DNA of 64,000 nucleotides from Bacteroidales bacterium (GTDB lineage Bacteria; Bacteroidota; Bacteroidia; Bacteroidales; P3): NCBI GenBank assembly GCA_017439185.1, contig JAFRTM010000006.1, positions 7,979 to 71,978 of the forward strand, read 5' to 3'. Shown piece by piece: positions 1 to 9,812 of this stretch (position 1 is its first letter; each line of letters starts with the position of its first letter). The notes under the pieces were generated by a model. It saw only the letters and a program-made list of their open reading frames with translations, ran no database searches and was not told where the DNA came from. The position numbers and the translations under genes were made by a program.

Positions 1-3000
1 CTCCAGGTGTATCCCTCACATACCACCTGTGTAAAGGCTGTATGTGTTGGGTGATTCACACTTACCAGCACATTGCGTGAAGTAGTACAACCTGCCTGGT
101 CTGTAACCTCTACACTGTATGTGGTGTTTGTCGTAGGCATTACCTCTACCGACAATGGAGCTTCCCCTTGTCCTATAGTAGTAGAGCCTAACGTCCAAAC
201 GCAGTTGATTGGCATGGCCGCAGCGTTAGTCGTGGGCGAAGCTGTAAGAGTAGCACTTTCTCCTTCGCATATCGAAACGCCCTGTATGATGGGTAACTGG
301 AGGCTATTTGCAGGAATTGTCACATTGATAGTAAGAGTTCTAGCGTTGTTGCACTCATCCCTCACCGTTACCACAACTGGCACCGTCGTGGCTATAGCCT
401 GCGCTGAATACACTTCACCTGCAGCAGGTGTCTGTCCTCCCCATATCGGAGTACTACACGTCTCGGTAGCATAATTCATCACCACCGTTTCAAAGTTAGG
501 TATGCCATACTGACAGTTGCCCACCGGTACAGCTGTCGGTAATTCATCGACTGGGATCGTTTCTATCATCGGGCGCACCGTGTCATTTATATTATATGTA
601 TAGACCCAATCCATCGTCAAACCTGCACAGTCAGTATACGTGTAAGTATAAATCTTCGTTCCGTTACAGCTGACCGGGTTGCCGGTGATCTCTTCATTGC
701 TGTAGTTGGCTATCTCCACACCGCAAGCGTCGGTCACAGTAGGCATCGTGAACGTGCCATCTGCCAAATCGACACAAGTCACATTCGATGATGTCGGCAC
801 ATCGTTGGCAACAGGAACCGTGGTACGTACTATGTGGTAAGTGTAGGTCCAGTCGTGACTATGAGCACAGTTGCTGTAGGTATAGGTAAACACTATGTCT
901 CCCGTACATCCGTTAACCTGGTAGTCGCTATCATCAACCACAGGTGCACTGATGCTAACATTGCCACAGGTGCTGTCATTGCTTACTGCCGGCGGGGTTG
1001 GGATCTCGCCGTTGTAGCACTGCAACTGGGTCTCACCAGGTGCTGGCACCTCAAAGTCTCCCGGACGCACATGGTAGGTATATCTCCACACAGTATCCAC
1101 ATTGTTCAAGGTGTAGCTGTAAGCATACTCATAGTCGCCACAGCCTGACGTGACATCGCCTGTCGTTCCTTGCAACGTAAACACCACGGGAGCCATACAC
1201 ACCGTTATTGCCGGTGTTGTAGGTGCTACCAGAGCATCTGCCGCACAGTACACATTGATCTCTTCGTCGGCAGGATACGGCACTGGATCGGGCGTTACGG
1301 TATATACATACTGCCAGGGCCAGTCGTTGCCTTCGCAGTCGGTGTATGTGAAGTTGTACGTCACCGTACCTATTCCGCTTACCACTGCGTCATCAACTGT
1401 GCCAGCTGCTACCGTCAGTGTACGTCCGCAGGTGTCAGTAACCTCAGGTGTCGTCGGAACTACCTGCGCTTCGGCATAGCACTGCACCGTGGTTCCTCCA
1501 TTGGCAGGAATTGTCGGTGCCGGCATGTCTATTGTGAAGGTATATGTCCACGTCAACACCGAGTCGGCACAATCGGTATAGTTATACGTAAAGGTCCTCG
1601 TGCCGTTGCAAGGTTCCGTGTTCCAGTCGTTGGTAATCACAGGCACCGGCGCGTCAAGCGTCACTCCGCACTGGTCGGCTATCACCGGAAGTGTAATCGA
1701 GTCTGCCACTGCATAGCCTTCGCATATCACGCTCCTCGGTATACCACCGGCTGTCACGATATGAGGCTTCTCGCTACGCTCTATCCTGTTCACATAACTC
1801 CACTCGTATGTCTGTCCAGCGCAGTCTTCATAATTATATGTGAAGGTTACCGTGCCGACACATCCTGTCAGTACCACCGTTGCTGCGGGCATCGGGTTGA
1901 GTGGCTGCAGTATGTTGCCACACGTATCCTTCATCACCGGCATTACCGTAGGTCTCACCGTGTCGTTGATACAATGTACCACTGTCTCGGTCGGCGCTGT
2001 GCCTTCCTCATGGATGCCTCCGGTACGTACAATGTTATAAGTGTAATGCCATACGTAGGTCAAACCGACACAGTCTTCGTAGGTATAGGTGTAGGTCTTC
2101 TCTCCGGTGCATCCGTTCCACGTGCTGTCTATCACAGGTTGCGGAGCAGGCAACGTATTTCCGCACACGTCTTTCACCTCTGGCAATACTGTCGGGGCTA
2201 CCCTGGTCGAAGCCAGACACTCTACAGTCTGTGCATCTTCCACATTGCCTTCTTGTGCCGGCGGGGTCACTCGTCTGATTAATCTTGTGAATGTCCAGTT
2301 ACGTGTACGACCGGTGCAGTCGGAGAATGTGTAGGTCCACGTCTTCGTGCCTTCACATCCATCGTATGTTCCGCCTGTCACAACCGTGGCACTGCTCGTG
2401 ATGTCTATGCCACAATTGGTCTTCACCGTCGGCAGGGTCGGCGTGAACGACGGGTCGTCGCACTCCACGGTATCGCGTGTGGCCACGGTGCCTTCGAAGA
2501 CTATCGAGTCGGGCCTTATCGTATAGACATAGTTCCATTCATAGTCGGTGCCGTTCACGTTATAGGTGTATCTGTAAGTCCTCGTGCCGCATCCGCCGTT
2601 GGCATCTATGTCTGCCGGCACATCTATCGGGTTGTTTGCATCGGGCACGTAGACTATCGGCTCTCCGCATACCGTACGGGGCATAGGCTCCTGAAGCGTC
2701 GCTTGGCTTATGCACGACACTGTGCTTGCTCCGCTGGGCGTCTCGGTGAAGGCCGATGGCACTATTTCGTAGGTCAGTGTCCACGGATAGGTCTGGCCGG
2801 CACAGTCGGTGTACTGGTAGTTGAACACCACATCTCCTGTATTGGTGCTTGCATTGTAGCCGCTCATGTCGGGCGTGCCCACCAACGTTGCCGTCACGGT
2901 GTTGCCGCAGGCATCGGTCAGGGCCACAGGGATGAAAGTGTTCGAGGTGTCTGATAAGCACGGTATCGGTGATACACTGTCGGCCGGAACCGTCAGGTTA

Positions 3001-6000
3001 GGATGCGTCACCGTGTAGGTATATACCCACTGGGCGGGATGCTCTGCGCAATCTTTATAATTATATGTATAGGTTATCGTACCGTTGCAGTTCGTCACCT
3101 GGTTGTTCACCACCGGCGAACCATCCAACGGCAACAACGTCGTTCCGCAGGCATCTGTCACCGTAGGCGGCGTAATCAGGTCGGCTCTGGCCTCAGACAC
3201 ACATTCTACTCCCGATGCATTGGTCGCCGGTGCTATGTCGATGGCGTCGGCTACGTTGATGCGTATAGTCTGCACTATCTCGTTGCTCACCTTACCACAG
3301 AGGTCTGTCACCTTATATTTACGCGTAACCACTATCGGACATCTGCCGGTGTATGTTTCAGTGTTGGACAGAGTGAGCTGTGTCTTGTCGGTGGTGCAGT
3401 TGTCGCTGATGGTTAGTGGACCTCCCAGCGCTGTAGCCTCGGCTTCCAGGGCCGCCACTGTCGTAACTGCAGGATACAGCGTAGCCAGCTGGCTGTAGTT
3501 GCATCCGTCAACGTCCTTGTCGGGCAGCGTGTAAGTGCTGGCCACAGGTGCCTGGTCGTCTTTCACCGTAATGGTTATCGGCGTAGCCGTATTCTTACAT
3601 CCGTAGTTGTCCACCACATTGAGGGTAACCTGGTAGGTGATGTTGCAGTTGTTGCTCGGTATCGTTGCCGTCACCACGTCGCTGGTCGCTGCCACGGTTA
3701 CCGTGTTGTGGTCGAGCGTCAAGCCGCCACCCCAGTTGTAGGTGTAGTTCGGGTTCGTAGTGGTAGTGTTACCGGTTATATCTATCGTGCCTGCGTTGGG
3801 GCATACATCGCCGGTTACCGGGGTAATCGTAGCCACTGGTGCAGGACGCACATGGATAGTCTTCGTCCCTTCTGCCGAGCAGCCATCGAGCGAGAGGGTC
3901 ACAGTGACGGTCTTGTCGCCGTCACCGATCCATTCGGCCACGATGCTGTTCGTGCCTTGTCCGCTCACGATGGTACCGCCGTCAACATTCCAAGTGTATG
4001 TGAAGCTGTTGTCGCCTGCCGTCTCGGTCAACGTCAGCTGCGTGTTCTGCTCCGATGCGGTGACACAGATATCCTCGTTGCCCGATATCACCGGAGTGAT
4101 AAGGTTGGTGATGTTCAGGGTTATCGTCTCTGTCTGCTGGCTGCACTGCGGCGTCTGGTTGCTGACCGCCACCACCTCGAAGGTGTGTGTGCCGAAAGCA
4201 TTTGGCGTACCGCTGATGTGGCCGTTGTTATACGTCAGCCCTATGGCTGCCAACGCTGTCTGCAAAGCTGCCGCATTGCTTATCGTGCCGTTGGTCACCG
4301 TTATGTCTATATCGGTTATTGCAGCTCCGAGACACTTGGTCTGCGTCTGGTTGCTTACGTTGAGCGTCACCTCGGGGTTGATGGTTACCGTTATCTGGTC
4401 GGTAGCCGTACAGCCTGCCGGGTCGGTAGCCGTCACGGTGTAGGTGGTCTCCGTCGAAACGGTAGCCGTTACGCTGGCTCCTGTGGTCGGGTTCAATCCC
4501 GTGGTCGGTGTCCAGGCATAGGTGAGTGCACCGTTGCAGCTGCTACCTGTGGCGGTAAGCAGCGTATCGCCGCCGGCACACACGCTGGCTCCCGTATTGG
4601 TAATGTCAACGGTTATATCCTTGGCAGGTATTATCACATTGACCGTAGCCGTAGCCTGCTTGCCGCAAGTGCCACTGACGGTTACCGTCACCGGTATCGT
4701 CTGCTGTGCGTTGGTCTGGGTATATTCCGTTCCGGCCGCCACACTCTGGCTTACAAACTCCACAGTGCCGCCGCATGGGTCACTGGCCGCTGCGAGGGTC
4801 ACCGTCGAAAGGTCTATCATCTTATATTTACATCCGCTGTTGCCCATCGTCGCGTTCTGGTTGGCGATAGCGCCGATGGTCGGATTCTGCGACTCGGTCC
4901 AAGTGTAGGTAATCGTAGCCGGCGTTGCTGCGTTGTTGCAGTTGTCTGTTACATTTGCCGTCCAGGTGCGGCTACGGGCGCAACCGTTGCTTTGTATATC
5001 TCCTGCTGTAACCGTCGGAGTCAACGACGTTCCAGCTGTAGGACAATTGTCTGTTGCCGTGAATGTCGGAGCAACCACGTTTGCCGGGTCGCATCCCCAG
5101 TCTTGGTTGTTGGTTGCCGTAGTGGCAATAACCGGTTTGGTATTGTCTACCGTGGCGAAAGTCTTGTTCGCAGTGGCCGGACAGCCGTTGCCGTCTGTCA
5201 GCATAAGGCTTATCACATACTCGTGGCAGTGTCCGTCTGAAGCGATGTTGGCATTGCTGCCAGTACCGCTGATAGTTCCAGGAGTACCATCTACAACCAC
5301 ACTCCATGTGTAGTTCTGATAGCTACCGACTCCGCCTCCGGGTGTAGCTGTTATGGCATAGTTTTGCCCATTGGCAGAGGGGCAGCCACCCGTGGTGGGC
5401 GTAGTTATCGTGACCGTGACTTCAGTTTGGTCTGATATTACCACCGTCTGCTCGCTCTCGCAGTTGGTGGTATCTTTTACTATCACGGTATATGTGCCGG
5501 GCTGCAGTCCGTCCCATGTGTACGAGGTATTATTGGTTGTAGCCGTGAGCGTCGGCGTGCTTCCGTTCCTGCCTATATAGTAGGAACGGGCTCCTCTGCC
5601 GTTGGTTGATGTCAAGGTTATTGTTCCGTCATTGAGACCGTGGCATGTAACATCGGTATGCTCCACGCTCGATGAGCAATCCATACATGCATCGGGGGCT
5701 CTATACGTCGATACCTTGGTACAGTTGGTGGTTGAGGATGCAAATGTTGCCTCGAGATTGTGGATTACGCCATCGGAAGGCACCGTGAGAGTATAAGGCG
5801 TCGGCGATGTAAATGGAGGATAGAACACTTGCGACACCGGTGGATTGGCTGTCACGTCTGTTATGGTCAGTGTTCCATCGGAAGGCTGATCGGTAAAATG
5901 GATATCACCTGACACCGTGAACGTATTGTTCGTAGTGTTGCAGGCCGTGGTATTGGCGGTAATGACGTTGATATCGCAGTTAGTAACGATTTCGCAGTCC

Positions 6001-9000
6001 GCCATACCGTGGTTGGCCGCATCCAAGTTTGTCTGAGTGAATGATATTATACCTTCATCGTCTGCCCAATTGGCCACAACCACTATATAATATTCTCCCA
6101 CTTGGGCATTGTCAATCTGCAGATATTCAACAGAAGCTGTACTGGCACTGAAATCCACAAGGTTGCCACAAGGATATGCAAGAGCTGATACATCACAAAT
6201 TGGACTCGATGAAGCGCTTGGAGTATTAGATGTTGCCCCCGAAATTCCCCAAGCAGAAGGTGACGATGAGGTGTACCAAGTTTCAGTGGCAGCGTTGTCA
6301 GTCAAGTCGGTGGGGCTACAGGTAAAGTTGTCGAATGGTCCCCAACAGCCAAAGTCCACGTCGCCGGCTGTCGATGATATGGTCATTTCCAACCTTCCTG
6401 CCTGCGAGATTTGGATGTACCACCATGAGGGGTTATCAAAATAACTGCACATTCCAGAGGGTGATTCTACTCCTGTAACCGCTGTCAATATCACACCATT
6501 ATGCTCGTCGTTCGAAGCGCAGAAAGCTTGTGCATCCTCGCAGTCTCCAGCTCCCTCGACTGTGTCAGGGGCGTATGAATAGACAGCATATAGTGTCACA
6601 TTGCCACAAGTGAGGTCTATATTTTGACCTGGAGTATAACGGGTTCCACTTCCATTGGCATTTTCATACCACCCGACAAAACTGCTGGCGCTGCTGCATG
6701 TCGGCGTCACATTGGTCACCGTGGCCGTTGTTCCTGTATATGTCCACGTGGCAGGTGATGCAGTACCGCCGTTACAGTTGGCCTGCGTGTTATATGTCAA
6801 CGTGTGCGATTCTGTGCCACATGGAACAATAAGGGTATATGAGGCGGACCTTGAGCAGAATCCTCCAGTCTCTTCTACTGTGGCAGTTATCACAGTTGTA
6901 CCCGCATGATTTACCGTAATAGCACCTGTGGTTGCATTCACGCTTGCGACATAAGTATTCGACGAGCTATAAGTCACTGCTCCTCCACTCTGGTTCACAC
7001 CTATGGTCTGACCGGCACAAGTGCCACCCTGTTCACAATATACTGTGGCCTCGTTGAACGAGAAATTCGGTCTGGTACAACACTCTATGCAAAACTTAAT
7101 CTCGGGACGCTGTGTAGTAGATGTTCCTGTGACGGTGGCAACATTGTTCCCATCAAGTGAAATAGAACTCGATGAATTATAGCAATATGCAACCATACCA
7201 GTACTACTGGTGTAATAGAAGTCTGGGTACGATACAGTTCCTGACGTAGATGAGGTTCGACGAATCGCAACTACAATGTTGCTCACGCCATCCCATTCCC
7301 AATCTGCAGAACTGATGTCTATGCTGTTCCATCCGTTGTTGGCGGCTGTGAAAGTTACGGTTCCGTTAAACACTCGTGTGAGATTAGCGTCATTTATCCA
7401 TGACGTAGGCACACTCCCTTGGGAGGTCATTCCAAGGTAAATCTCAAAGGGCAATGCACTTGACTCCGACTCGGCATAGTGCAGTGCAATACTCCTTATT
7501 GGTCCAACACATCCTCCTGCGGCAAGTATCTCATTTGCTGTGTAAACCTGCTGAGTATAGCCGTAAGAGTTGTAGTACGAAAACACACCTCCGTATGTAC
7601 CCGATGAAGAGGATACCTCACCCGTGCCTATCTTGGCACAACCGTCTCCTACTACAATGTTATATGATGCATATTTGTCACAGTATCCATCCGTTCCCGG
7701 CCATTTTGCTGTAACCGTCACCACGCCCTCGGCACCGGCAACGGTGGAAACTGTATGCGTGGTACTATTGAAAGTGGCAATGCCTGCCGGTGTGCAGGTC
7801 ATAGAATACACGACTCCAGACCCTCCTGTAACATTTTGTGTATAAGAGTCGCCTCCGACTACCGTCACATGCTGATTGGCAAATTCAAAATTGTCCGTCC
7901 GCATATTACAATCGTGTACTATACAAATTTTTGTATTCGGACGATAGTTTGTATTAGAGCCCGTTGTCGGAAGACTTGTATTACTATAGTTGGTACCAGT
8001 CGATGTCTGATATATCTGCAGCGACGGTCCTGTTGCAGAACCTGTATAATAGAAATACCCTCCAACAGAATTGTACGAGCCAGTATTTTCATCAATCGCC
8101 ATCAACAGGTTTTCTCCTGAATAACCGAACGGAGTGTCCAGTACCACCCACGCCCATCCTTGCGATATATAATCCAGAGTACCTGTGTAAACCGGCACCA
8201 AATTGGAGGTAATCCACGACGTGCTGGTTGCAAACTCATTAACAGAGGTATTGGCCATATATATCGTAACCTGCGAACCCACTGTCATTGCATCGGTGCT
8301 TTCATATTGGAAAGCAATTGCCTTTATGCTTCCTGGTGCATAGCCAAGTTCTGAACCTTTATACAATATTTGTCTGTAGCTATATTCCCAAAAACGGTTA
8401 ACTGGACCATAAGAGTACGAAGAATTAGCAGTAGAATTCCCTATCGTATAGGTGTCTCCCTCGCAGTTATATGATGTTGACGGACCTGAACCCGTACCGC
8501 CACCGCCACAGTCACATGGCTGACTAATCGACACCGTGAACCTGTTTGCGCGCTTTTTCTTGTTATGATCAAATCTTATCGTTATCACGCCTGACGTAGA
8601 TGTCACCGTGGCCGCTGCGCTACCGATAGTGATGCTCTGCGACCAAGTTGCAAGCAGCGTTCCACCTGTACCACTGCCATTGTACACATACACATAGTCG
8701 TTGTCAGAAGTACTCAACGTTCTTGATGTGAGCGTAACCGTTATCGGACAGTTCGGAGTGGACGATGTAATCACACAATATTGGTCTCTCGTAGCATTTA
8801 CGTCATTTGCTATACTACCTGTAAAAGTGTACGTGGTTCCACAAACAATCTCACGAGTTGTATTATCGGTGCCCAACGTCCATTCCCCTAAGACCGTCTG
8901 AGCCATCGCCAGCGACGGCATCAGCAACATCACCGCCGTTATCAGAAGCCATTTCATCGGGCTTTTCACATTCTTTTCAGTCGAAACCGCAAGATGTTGC

Positions 9001-9026
9001 GGCACAGAATATATTCTTGTTTTCAT
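1..9026 (-). CDS. Giant secreted multidomain cell-surface (adhesin-like) repeat protein, partial; at least 3008 aa in the window, C-terminus off the left edge
   Basis: My own minus-strand translation from ATG 9026 stays open to position 1. An in-frame ATG at 8957 directly precedes the signal peptide MKWLLITAVMLLMPSLAMAQ. I checked the frame codon by codon at both ends and at about 1500, 2400, 3540, 4980, 6000, 7080 and 8400. The ORF track omits it, apparently because no stop codon lies in the window. Recognisable modules: Big_2-like Ig units, a Listeria-Bacteroides-type repeat (SFVGWYENANGSGTRY...LYAVY), a SprB-type repeat (VTCHGLNDGTITL...YTWDGLQPGTYTV), HYR-like units, and Ig-like C.G..atLtA...Y.W units. 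Confidence 0.85.
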   Translation of the reverse strand, partial: MKTRIYSVPQHLAVSTEKNVKSPMKWLLITAVMLLMPSLAMAQTVLGEWTLGTDNTTREIVCGTTYTFTGSIANDVNATRDQYCVITSSTPNCPITVTLTSRTLSTSDNDYVYVYNGSGTGGTLLATWSQSITIGSAAATVTSTSGVITIRFDHNKKKRANRFTVSISQPCDCGGGGTGSGPSTSYNCEGDTYTIGNSTANSSYSYGPVNRFWEYSYRQILYKGSELGYAPGSIKAIAFQYESTDAMTVGSQVTIYMANTSVNEFATSTSWITSNLVPVYTGTLDYISQGWAWVVLDTPFGYSGENLLMAIDENTGSYNSVGGYFYYTGSATGPSLQIYQTSTGTNYSNTSLPTTGSNTNYRPNTKICIVHDCNMRTDNFEFANQHVTVVGGDSYTQNVTGGSGVVYSMTCTPAGIATFNSTTHTVSTVAGAEGVVTVTAKWPGTDGYCDKYASYNIVVGDGCAKIGTGEVSSSSGTYGGVFSYYNSYGYTQQVYTANEILAAGGCVGPIRSIALHYAESESSALPFEIYLGMTSQGSVPTSWINDANLTRVFNGTVTFTAANNGWNSIDISSADWEWDGVSNIVVAIRRTSSTSGTVSYPDFYYTSSTGMVAYCYNSSSSISLDGNNVATVTGTSTTQRPEIKFCIECCTRPNFSFNEATVYCEQGGTCAGQTIGVNQSGGAVTYSSSNTYVASVNATTGAITVNHAGTTVITATVEETGGFCSRSASYTLIVPCGTESHTLTYNTQANCNGGTASPATWTYTGTTATVTNVTPTCSSASSFVGWYENANGSGTRYTPGQNIDLTCGNVTLYAVYSYAPDTVEGAGDCEDAQAFCASNDEHNGVILTAVTGVESPSGMCSYFDNPSWWYIQISQAGRLEMTISSTAGDVDFGCWGPFDNFTCSPTDLTDNAATETWYTSSSPSAWGISGATSNTPSASSSPICDVSALAYPCGNLVDFSASTASVEYLQIDNAQVGEYYIVVVANWADDEGIISFTQTNLDAANHGMADCEIVTNCDINVITANTTACNTTNNTFTVSGDIHFTDQPSDGTLTITDVTANPPVSQVFYPPFTSPTPYTLTVPSDGVIHNLEATFASSTTNCTKVSTYRAPDACMDCSSSVEHTDVTCHGLNDGTITLTSTNGRGARSYYIGRNGSTPTLTATTNNTSYTWDGLQPGTYTVIVKDTTNCESEQTVVISDQTEVTVTITTPTTGGCPSANGQNYAITATPGGGVGSYQNYTWSVVVDGTPGTISGTGSNANIASDGHCHEYVISLMLTDGNGCPATANKTFATVDNTKPVIATTATNNQDWGCDPANVVAPTFTATDNCPTAGTSLTPTVTAGDIQSNGCARSRTWTANVTDNCNNAATPATITYTWTESQNPTIGAIANQNATMGNSGCKYKMIDLSTVTLAAASDPCGGTVEFVSQSVAAGTEYTQTNAQQTIPVTVTVSGTCGKQATATVNVIIPAKDITVDITNTGASVCAGGDTLLTATGSSCNGALTYAWTPTTGLNPTTGASVTATVSTETTYTVTATDPAGCTATDQITVTINPEVTLNVSNQTQTKCLGAAITDIDITVTNGTISNAAALQTALAAIGLTYNNGHISGTPNAFGTHTFEVVAVSNQTPQCSQQTETITLNITNLITPVISGNEDICVTASEQNTQLTLTETAGDNSFTYTWNVDGGTIVSGQGTNSIVAEWIGDGDKTVTVTLSLDGCSAEGTKTIHVRPAPVATITPVTGDVCPNAGTIDITGNTTTTNPNYTYNWGGGLTLDHNTVTVAATSDVVTATIPSNNCNITYQVTLNVVDNYGCKNTATPITITVKDDQAPVASTYTLPDKDVDGCNYSQLATLYPAVTTVAALEAEATALGGPLTISDNCTTDKTQLTLSNTETYTGRCPIVVTRKYKVTDLCGKVSNEIVQTIRINVADAIDIAPATNASGVECVSEARADLITPPTVTDACGTTLLPLDGSPVVNNQVTNCNGTITYTYNYKDCAEHPAQWVYTYTVTHPNLTVPADSVSPIPCLSDTSNTFIPVALTDACGNTVTATLVGTPDMSGYNASTNTGDVVFNYQYTDCAGQTYPWTLTYEIVPSAFTETPSGASTVSCISQATLQEPMPRTVCGEPIVYVPDANNPIDVPADIDANGGCGTRTYRYTYNVNGTDYEWNYVYTIRPDSIVFEGTVATRDTVECDDPSFTPTLPTVKTNCGIDITSSATVVTGGTYDGCEGTKTWTYTFSDCTGRTRNWTFTRLIRRVTPPAQEGNVEDAQTVECLASTRVAPTVLPEVKDVCGNTLPAPQPVIDSTWNGCTGEKTYTYTYEDCVGLTYVWHYTYNIVRTGGIHEEGTAPTETVVHCINDTVRPTVMPVMKDTCGNILQPLNPMPAATVVLTGCVGTVTFTYNYEDCAGQTYEWSYVNRIERSEKPHIVTAGGIPRSVICEGYAVADSITLPVIADQCGVTLDAPVPVITNDWNTEPCNGTRTFTYNYTDCADSVLTWTYTFTIDMPAPTIPANGGTTVQCYAEAQVVPTTPEVTDTCGRTLTVAAGTVDDAVVSGIGTVTYNFTYTDCEGNDWPWQYVYTVTPDPVPYPADEEINVYCAADALVAPTTPAITVCMAPVVFTLQGTTGDVTSGCGDYEYAYSYTLNNVDTVWRYTYHVRPGDFEVPAPGETQLQCYNGEIPTPPAVSNDSTCGNVSISAPVVDDSDYQVNGCTGDIVFTYTYSNCAHSHDWTYTYHIVRTTVPVANDVPTSSNVTCVDLADGTFTMPTVTDACGVEIANYSNEEITGNPVSCNGTKIYTYTYTDCAGLTMDWVYTYNINDTVRPMIETIPVDELPTAVPVGNCQYGIPNFETVVMNYATETCSTPIWGGQTPAAGEVYSAQAIATTVPVVVTVRDECNNARTLTINVTIPANSLQLPIIQGVSICEGESATLTASPTTNAAAMPINCVWTLGSTTIGQGEAPLSVEVMPTTNTTYSVEVTDQAGCTTSRNVLVSVNHPTHTAFTQVVCEGYTW
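571..3243 (-). repeat. 11 tandem protein repeats of about 80 aa inside the giant ORF
   Basis: Each unit reads approximately V.C..(8-12)..P.V.D.CG..(15-25)..C.GT.TYTY.Y.DC.G....W.YTY.I. An example is VECVSEARADLITPPTVTDACG...NCNGTITYTYNYKDCAEHPAQWVYTYTV. I counted 11 units by hand. They are diverged at the DNA level. Confidence 0.75.
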
Positions 9027-9072
9027 AGTGCGTTTTTTTTAGTTGTTGTGTTTTCTATTAGCCTGACTTTTT

Positions 9073-9549
9073 TTACCTCTTATCCTTATTATGTTCTCTG
9101 ATTTTTTCTTGCTCCGCATAGTATTTTCTCAAAAATATGTTCATCTCGTCAACCACATGCTCTGGATTCACATCGGCATCGGCATCGAGTACAAAGCGGT
9201 CCTGATCACTATAAATATTCACACGATTGATGCGCATATTCATCAGCAGGTGTTTTCTCATTTCATCGACAACCGACCGGTCCTTCGGCAGACCCGAGAC
9301 GTTCACGTAGGTTATCTGGTTTCCTTCGGGATAGGTCTTCGAGGCTTTCACATAGCCGAATTTCACGTAAAACTCTTTGGCGTTTTCACTTGCTACCTTG
9401 TCCTGCGCCATTGCGAAGGTAGGCATCAGCAGCATCGCTGCTATTAGCAGCAGCCATTTCATTGGACTTTTCTTTGTTTTTCTCTCGGAAGCCTGGGTGG
9501 GCTTGACCGAACATCTTGCTTTCTGTTCCATATTGTAATTGTTTTTCAT
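9073..9549 (-). CDS. Small secreted hypothetical protein, first gene of the giant-adhesin operon
   Basis: 158-aa ORF. The signal peptide MKWLLLIAAMLLMPTFAMAQ follows a 29-aa N-terminal extension. It lies 46 nt upstream of the giant ORF on the same strand. An internal ATG at 9462 is an alternative start. Confidence 0.7.
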   Translation of the reverse strand: MKNNYNMEQKARCSVKPTQASERKTKKSPMKWLLLIAAMLLMPTFAMAQDKVASENAKEFYVKFGYVKASKTYPEGNQITYVNVSGLPKDRSVVDEMRKHLLMNMRINRVNIYSDQDRFVLDADADVNPEHVVDEMNIFLRKYYAEQEKIREHNKDKR

Positions 9550-9687
9550 TTCTCTATAACTTTTTGTGGTTTTTATATAATAATAGCCGTTTTCGCCTTT
9601 TTGGCGATATTACGGTTACCTGTTTTTTGCGTTATAATATTATTATTCAATAACATATATTAATTTGCGCGATATTATTCCACGCAA

Positions 9688-9695
9688 CAAATATA
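9688..9695 (-). promoter_or_regulatory. Bacteroidota -7 promoter box (TATATTTG) for the 9549-to-1 operon
   Basis: The plus strand reads CAAATATA, the reverse complement of the TAnnTTTG consensus, about 140 nt upstream of ATG 9549. Confidence 0.45.
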
Positions 9696-9812
9696 CGTAT
9701 AATATATATATAAGGCAACAAAAAATGTTATAAATTTTCTTAACACAAATACACCCCGCTGATTATCAGCACTCTACTACAAAAATTTTCAACACCAGAA
9801 ATCTGATGTCTG

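Noticed and set aside
73-8901. Many plus-strand ORFs in the track (for example 1170..2282 at 370 aa, 3708..5240 at 510 aa, 3760..4443 at 227 aa).
   Set aside because: Their translations are Arg/Cys/Val/His-rich nonsense with no motifs. They lie antisense to a continuous, domain-rich minus-strand frame, which makes them classic shadow ORFs of a moderately GC-rich gene.
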